From Anaerolineaceae bacterium (lineage in GTDB: Bacteria > Chloroflexota > Anaerolineae > Anaerolineales > Anaerolineaceae): a DNA stretch of 28,342 nucleotides. Below the pieces are notes generated by a model. That model did not search any database. It saw nothing but the letters and a program-made list of their open reading frames with translations, and had not been told where the DNA came from. Shown in pieces: positions 25,035-28,342 of the stretch. The stretch's first letter is position 1; each line of letters begins with the position of its first letter. Location of the stretch: assembly GCA_035340555.1 (NCBI GenBank), contig DAOQTN010000001.1, forward strand, positions 1 to 28,342, read 5' to 3'. A program made the position numbers and the translations under genes.

Positions 25035-25149
25035 AAACGCCCCAAATTGTTACCGCCCAAATTCAGCAAGTGTCAAACTTGACTTTTTTCAGATCTGGAG
25101 CAATGATAATGATAATCTTCTCCAACTCATTCGACAGGAAGACAAAACC

Positions 25150-26541
25150 ATGCAAACTTTTGAAGTTATCATCCTGATTGGTAATCTGACGTTGGCCATA
25201 TTGATGTTGCTTAAAACGCCATCCTGGCTACCGATGATGGTTGGGATGGTCGTACTGGCGGCTTTCGGCCTTCATGTATGGTTGGAGGGAATGCGTTGGC
25301 AAATGATCCCGCTATATGTCCTTGCCGTCATCTTGATTGGGTTGATTGCTTATTGGGAGCATCAGGATTCCTTGCCCCGTGAACGTTATGGTTGGCTTTG
25401 GATCATCATCATCGCCGGGTTCGGCATGGTACCCGCACTGGTGCCTGTGCCCCAACTGCCACAGCCCACCGGGCCTTACGATGTCGGTACCACCATATTC
25501 TACTGGATCGATCTGAATTCTGCTGATCCATATACCGGTGAGGCCCGCCGTCTGATGGTTCAGGCCTGGTACCCCACCGACAAACCATCCACCGCAGCCC
25601 CTGTCCCATATTTATCAAATCCGGAAATCATGGCTCCTGCCATTGCCCACAATTTCGATTTACCTGCATTCACGCTCAGTCACCTGATGTTAAGTCAAAC
25701 CCATTCCACGGAGGAACCGCCATTTGCAACCGATCTGACGCAAACACCGGTGTTGCTTTTTTCTCACGGCTGGTCCGGAATGCGCACCCAAAACACCTAT
25801 CAAGTGGAGGAACTGGTCAGCCATGGTTATGTTGTTGTCGCAGCAGATCATGCCGAAGGCGCCATCATGACCATATTCCCGGATGGCAGGATCATTTTTA
25901 TTAATCCGTCTGCTCTGCCCTCCCGGAAATCAGATGCGGAATTCAACGCCGCCGCTCGAATCCTGGGACAAATGTGGGTGAGTGACCTCAAGTTCCTTCG
26001 CTCCCAATTGGAAAAGTTGCAAAACGGTACGATTGAAAGCCCATTGACCGGGCATCTGGATCTGGAGCAGGTGGGGGCTTTTGGTCACTCTACGGGTGGC
26101 GGAGCTGTGGCGGAATTTTGTTATGATGGCAATGGCTGCAAGGCTGTTTTGACCATGGACGCCTGGATGGTACCCTACGACAGGAACATTCCGGCAAAAG
26201 GGCTGCTACAGCCGTCATTATTCTTGCGCAGTGAAGGTTGGTCACTATCCGGCAACCCCTCGCTGGTGGCTGCGCTTTATGAAAATAGTCACCCCCCGGC
26301 CTATCTGGTGGAAATTGCCCACACCCAGCACTTCGATTTCACGGATTTTTCACAACTCTCTCCCCTGCTAACCCTGATTGATCTGAAGGGATGGCTAAGC
26401 TCCGATCGAGTCATGGAAATCATAAACGCCTACACGGTAACTTTTTTTGATGAAACCCTGCGGGGAACCGGCCCAGGTGTCCCCGCATTACAGGGTATTT
26501 ATCCGGAAGCGCCCTTACAAATGAATGAGCACTCGCCATAA
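25150..26541 (+). CDS. Membrane-anchored alpha/beta hydrolase (PAF-acetylhydrolase/chlorophyllase-like)
   Basis: N-terminal transmembrane helices; motifs PTGPYDVG, LMVQAWYP, FSHG, nucleophile GHSTGG, DAW and HFDFTD. Confidence 0.88.
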   Translation: MQTFEVIILIGNLTLAILMLLKTPSWLPMMVGMVVLAAFGLHVWLEGMRWQMIPLYVLAVILIGLIAYWEHQDSLPRERYGWLWIIIIAGFGMVPALVPVPQLPQPTGPYDVGTTIFYWIDLNSADPYTGEARRLMVQAWYPTDKPSTAAPVPYLSNPEIMAPAIAHNFDLPAFTLSHLMLSQTHSTEEPPFATDLTQTPVLLFSHGWSGMRTQNTYQVEELVSHGYVVVAADHAEGAIMTIFPDGRIIFINPSALPSRKSDAEFNAAARILGQMWVSDLKFLRSQLEKLQNGTIESPLTGHLDLEQVGAFGHSTGGGAVAEFCYDGNGCKAVLTMDAWMVPYDRNIPAKGLLQPSLFLRSEGWSLSGNPSLVAALYENSHPPAYLVEIAHTQHFDFTDFSQLSPLLTLIDLKGWLSSDRVMEIINAYTVTFFDETLRGTGPGVPALQGIYPEAPLQMNEHSP

Positions 26542-26543
26542 GA

Positions 26544-27218
26544 TCAATCATCGCGCTGGCGAACTTCAGCCCGGTACTGACACCAGGCACAATTAGGCGC
26601 TGGTTCTGGCGGATCAGGCCGTTCCAAGACAGAGAGCACATTGTTAATGAAACTCAAGAAGCCGGCTGGGTTCAAGGGTATTTCCTGCCAGGTCACCGAA
26701 CCCAAATAAGCAATCTGATCTGAAATTTGGGTCATTTGAACGGGCTCTACCACGAGTAATCCCAAACAACTGATGGGGCTGAGTGAGAGCTTGCCCCCGG
26801 CCGGGTGTTCCAAGGCATAGGCATAGGCATGCAGCTGGCGTCCGTAAAATGCCAGATGTGAAGGACGGGCCTGTGATGTTTTGAAATCCACCACACCATA
26901 GGAGCCATCCTCAAAAGAGACGACTGTATCAAATTTGCCCAATATATAACAGGAATCCACATGACCTGGCAGGGAGATCGGCTGTGATTGGACCCAGCGC
27001 TCGCCGAATTGAACTTTGCCGGGTTGCAAAGATGGGTGGATGGCCCCAGTCGGGCGACCTTGAAAATAACCTTTCATCAAGCCGTCGATTTTGGAAAAAA
27101 TAGCTGGGAATGCCGAAGCTGGTCGGCTAAATTTTCGCACAACCTTCAGGTAGAAGCAGCGCGGACATTCATCCCATAGGAACGTCAGATCAGAGGGACT
27201 GAGTTTATAAACCGGCAT
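26544..27218 (-). CDS. PD-(D/E)XK RecB-family nuclease (Cas4-like, solo)
   Basis: Motifs LSPS, ECPRC, GKFD, VVDFKT, QLHAY and the C-terminal CAWCQYR. Confidence 0.85.
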   Translation of the reverse strand: MPVYKLSPSDLTFLWDECPRCFYLKVVRKFSRPASAFPAIFSKIDGLMKGYFQGRPTGAIHPSLQPGKVQFGERWVQSQPISLPGHVDSCYILGKFDTVVSFEDGSYGVVDFKTSQARPSHLAFYGRQLHAYAYALEHPAGGKLSLSPISCLGLLVVEPVQMTQISDQIAYLGSVTWQEIPLNPAGFLSFINNVLSVLERPDPPEPAPNCAWCQYRAEVRQRDD

Positions 27219-27247
27219 GGGCTCATCCTGATGGTAAAGATAATCCC

Positions 27248-27276
27248 ATCATATAACAGCCTGCCGCAAATTACAA
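27248..27276 (-). promoter_or_regulatory. Sigma70-type promoter of the PD-(D/E)XK nuclease gene
   Basis: TTGTAA-N17-TATGAT; AGGA precedes the ATG at 27218. Confidence 0.6.
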
Positions 27277-27371
27277 TCCACAAACAGTTTTCTGATGCCG
27301 CGGCCAAACCCACCCAATGGATTTTATCGCCCACCCCCTGGCCGCCGCTTGTTTTGGGGCCCTGATTTAAT

Positions 27372-27412
27372 GCTTCAACAGGCCCCTCCTCACTGGAAGG
27401 GCCTGTTGAAGC
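27372..27412 (-). terminator. Strong hairpin after the DUF438 gene (terminator or 3' stabiliser)
   Basis: Perfect 14-bp inverted repeat GCTTCAACAGGCCC/GGGCCTGTTGAAGC starting about 10 nt after the stop; no U-tract. Confidence 0.45.
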
Positions 27413-27422
27413 CATTGATCAA

Positions 27423-28342
27423 TCAGGAATTCGCCGGGCGGTCATCAAGCAGACGACGCTCCCCCTGCAGGGCCCGGATATCGGCGACATCCTGAGTGAC
27501 CTCAATCGTGCCGCGGTATTTTCCCGCACCATCGCGCAGGGCAAAATAGCGAATATGCACAAACTTGCCCCTCATCTGGATCCAGAACTCTGCCACATGA
27601 CGCGAGCCCGCCCGAAAATCATCCAGGATCTGCTGGACACGATGCACGCTCTGGGGCGGGTGGCAGTTTTGTACGCTGCGACCAATGATTGCCGGGGTGC
27701 GGTCAAAGATCCGTTCACGGGTCTGGGAGAAAAACCGCACCTCGTCATTTTCGTCTACAAAAGTGATGTCCACCGGCAAATTGCATAGCATCAGATTGAT
27801 TTGATCCAAACTGAGCGCGCCGGTATTAAGGGCCAGCAAACCCTCCGGCAGACTGCCCGCCGCTTGAGATGTCGGTCGGGTATCAGCAACATGTAAATCC
27901 TGTGGGCGTGGCAACCATTCATTGCCCGGCGAAACCAGGCAGTAGCCGATTTCATCCTCCTGATCACGAATGGCAATCCAGTCCGGTTCCTTCAGACGTT
28001 CCAAAGCGGCCGGAAAAAGGATCTTTTCTTCCTTATAAACCATTTCACGAATCATCATGGCGACAGCGTTGAAGAGCGCATTGACTTTCTTAAGATCAGG
28101 GGCGGCCTCACCCAGAGCAGCCTGCAGCTGGCGCAAGGCCCCGCGAATATCATCGTGGATCCCCCACATCACGGTGGAGGGTCCCCTGAAACCAACCTGT
28201 TCCAGGTAGGGAAACAGCATATTCTCCTTGCGCAAGTAATGCCGATCAACCTGCATCAAATTTTGGAGACCGACATTCATAGCAGCCGCGGTGGAAGTTT
28301 CTTCAGTGTCCCAACGAGAAAGATCGGCTGTCATGGTGTCAA
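27423..28342 (-). CDS. DUF438-type hemerythrin-like + PAS domain protein, 5'-truncated by the window edge
   Basis: Motifs HYLRKENMLFPYLE, MWGIHDDIR, KEEKILFP, LPVDITFVDEND, IIGRSVQNCHPP and YRGTIEVTQD. The frame is open to the window end. Confidence 0.9.
   Translation of the reverse strand, partial: DTMTADLSRWDTEETSTAAAMNVGLQNLMQVDRHYLRKENMLFPYLEQVGFRGPSTVMWGIHDDIRGALRQLQAALGEAAPDLKKVNALFNAVAMMIREMVYKEEKILFPAALERLKEPDWIAIRDQEDEIGYCLVSPGNEWLPRPQDLHVADTRPTSQAAGSLPEGLLALNTGALSLDQINLMLCNLPVDITFVDENDEVRFFSQTRERIFDRTPAIIGRSVQNCHPPQSVHRVQQILDDFRAGSRHVAEFWIQMRGKFVHIRYFALRDGAGKYRGTIEVTQDVADIRALQGERRLLDDRPANS

Overview
A 28.3-kb bacterial chromosomal segment of moderate GC content. Its proteins and gene order resemble Chloroflexota/Anaerolineae; this is an inference from my recollection of these families, not a search result. 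The core is a minus-strand translation operon: nusA-ylxR(rnpM)-infB-rbfA-nrnA-truB-ribF-thyX-CPBP protease, with no rimP and no L7Ae gene. Other genes are recO, an mgtC-family plus K+/H+ antiporter pair, and a minus-strand amino-sugar cluster (ROK-like kinase, PIG-L deacetylase, SIS deaminase). There are also a GNAT, a beta-lactamase-fold serine hydrolase, an MFS transporter, an adenylate cyclase-STAND NTPase-TPR protein, a PAF-acetylhydrolase-like esterase, a solo Cas4-like PD-(D/E)XK nuclease, and two edge-proximal genes (a double-zinc-ribbon protein and a DUF438/hemerythrin/PAS protein). I found no rRNA, tRNA, CRISPR array or transposase. The most interesting signals are non-coding: a 157-bp MITE-like insert (17-bp inverted repeats, TTACA duplication) apparently sitting inside a terminator, several candidate structured RNAs or leaders (before the GNAT, infB and nusA genes, and at 24939-25034), a degenerate octamer array, and a probably leaderless cyclase-STAND gene. 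No clearly new multi-gene defence system is evident.
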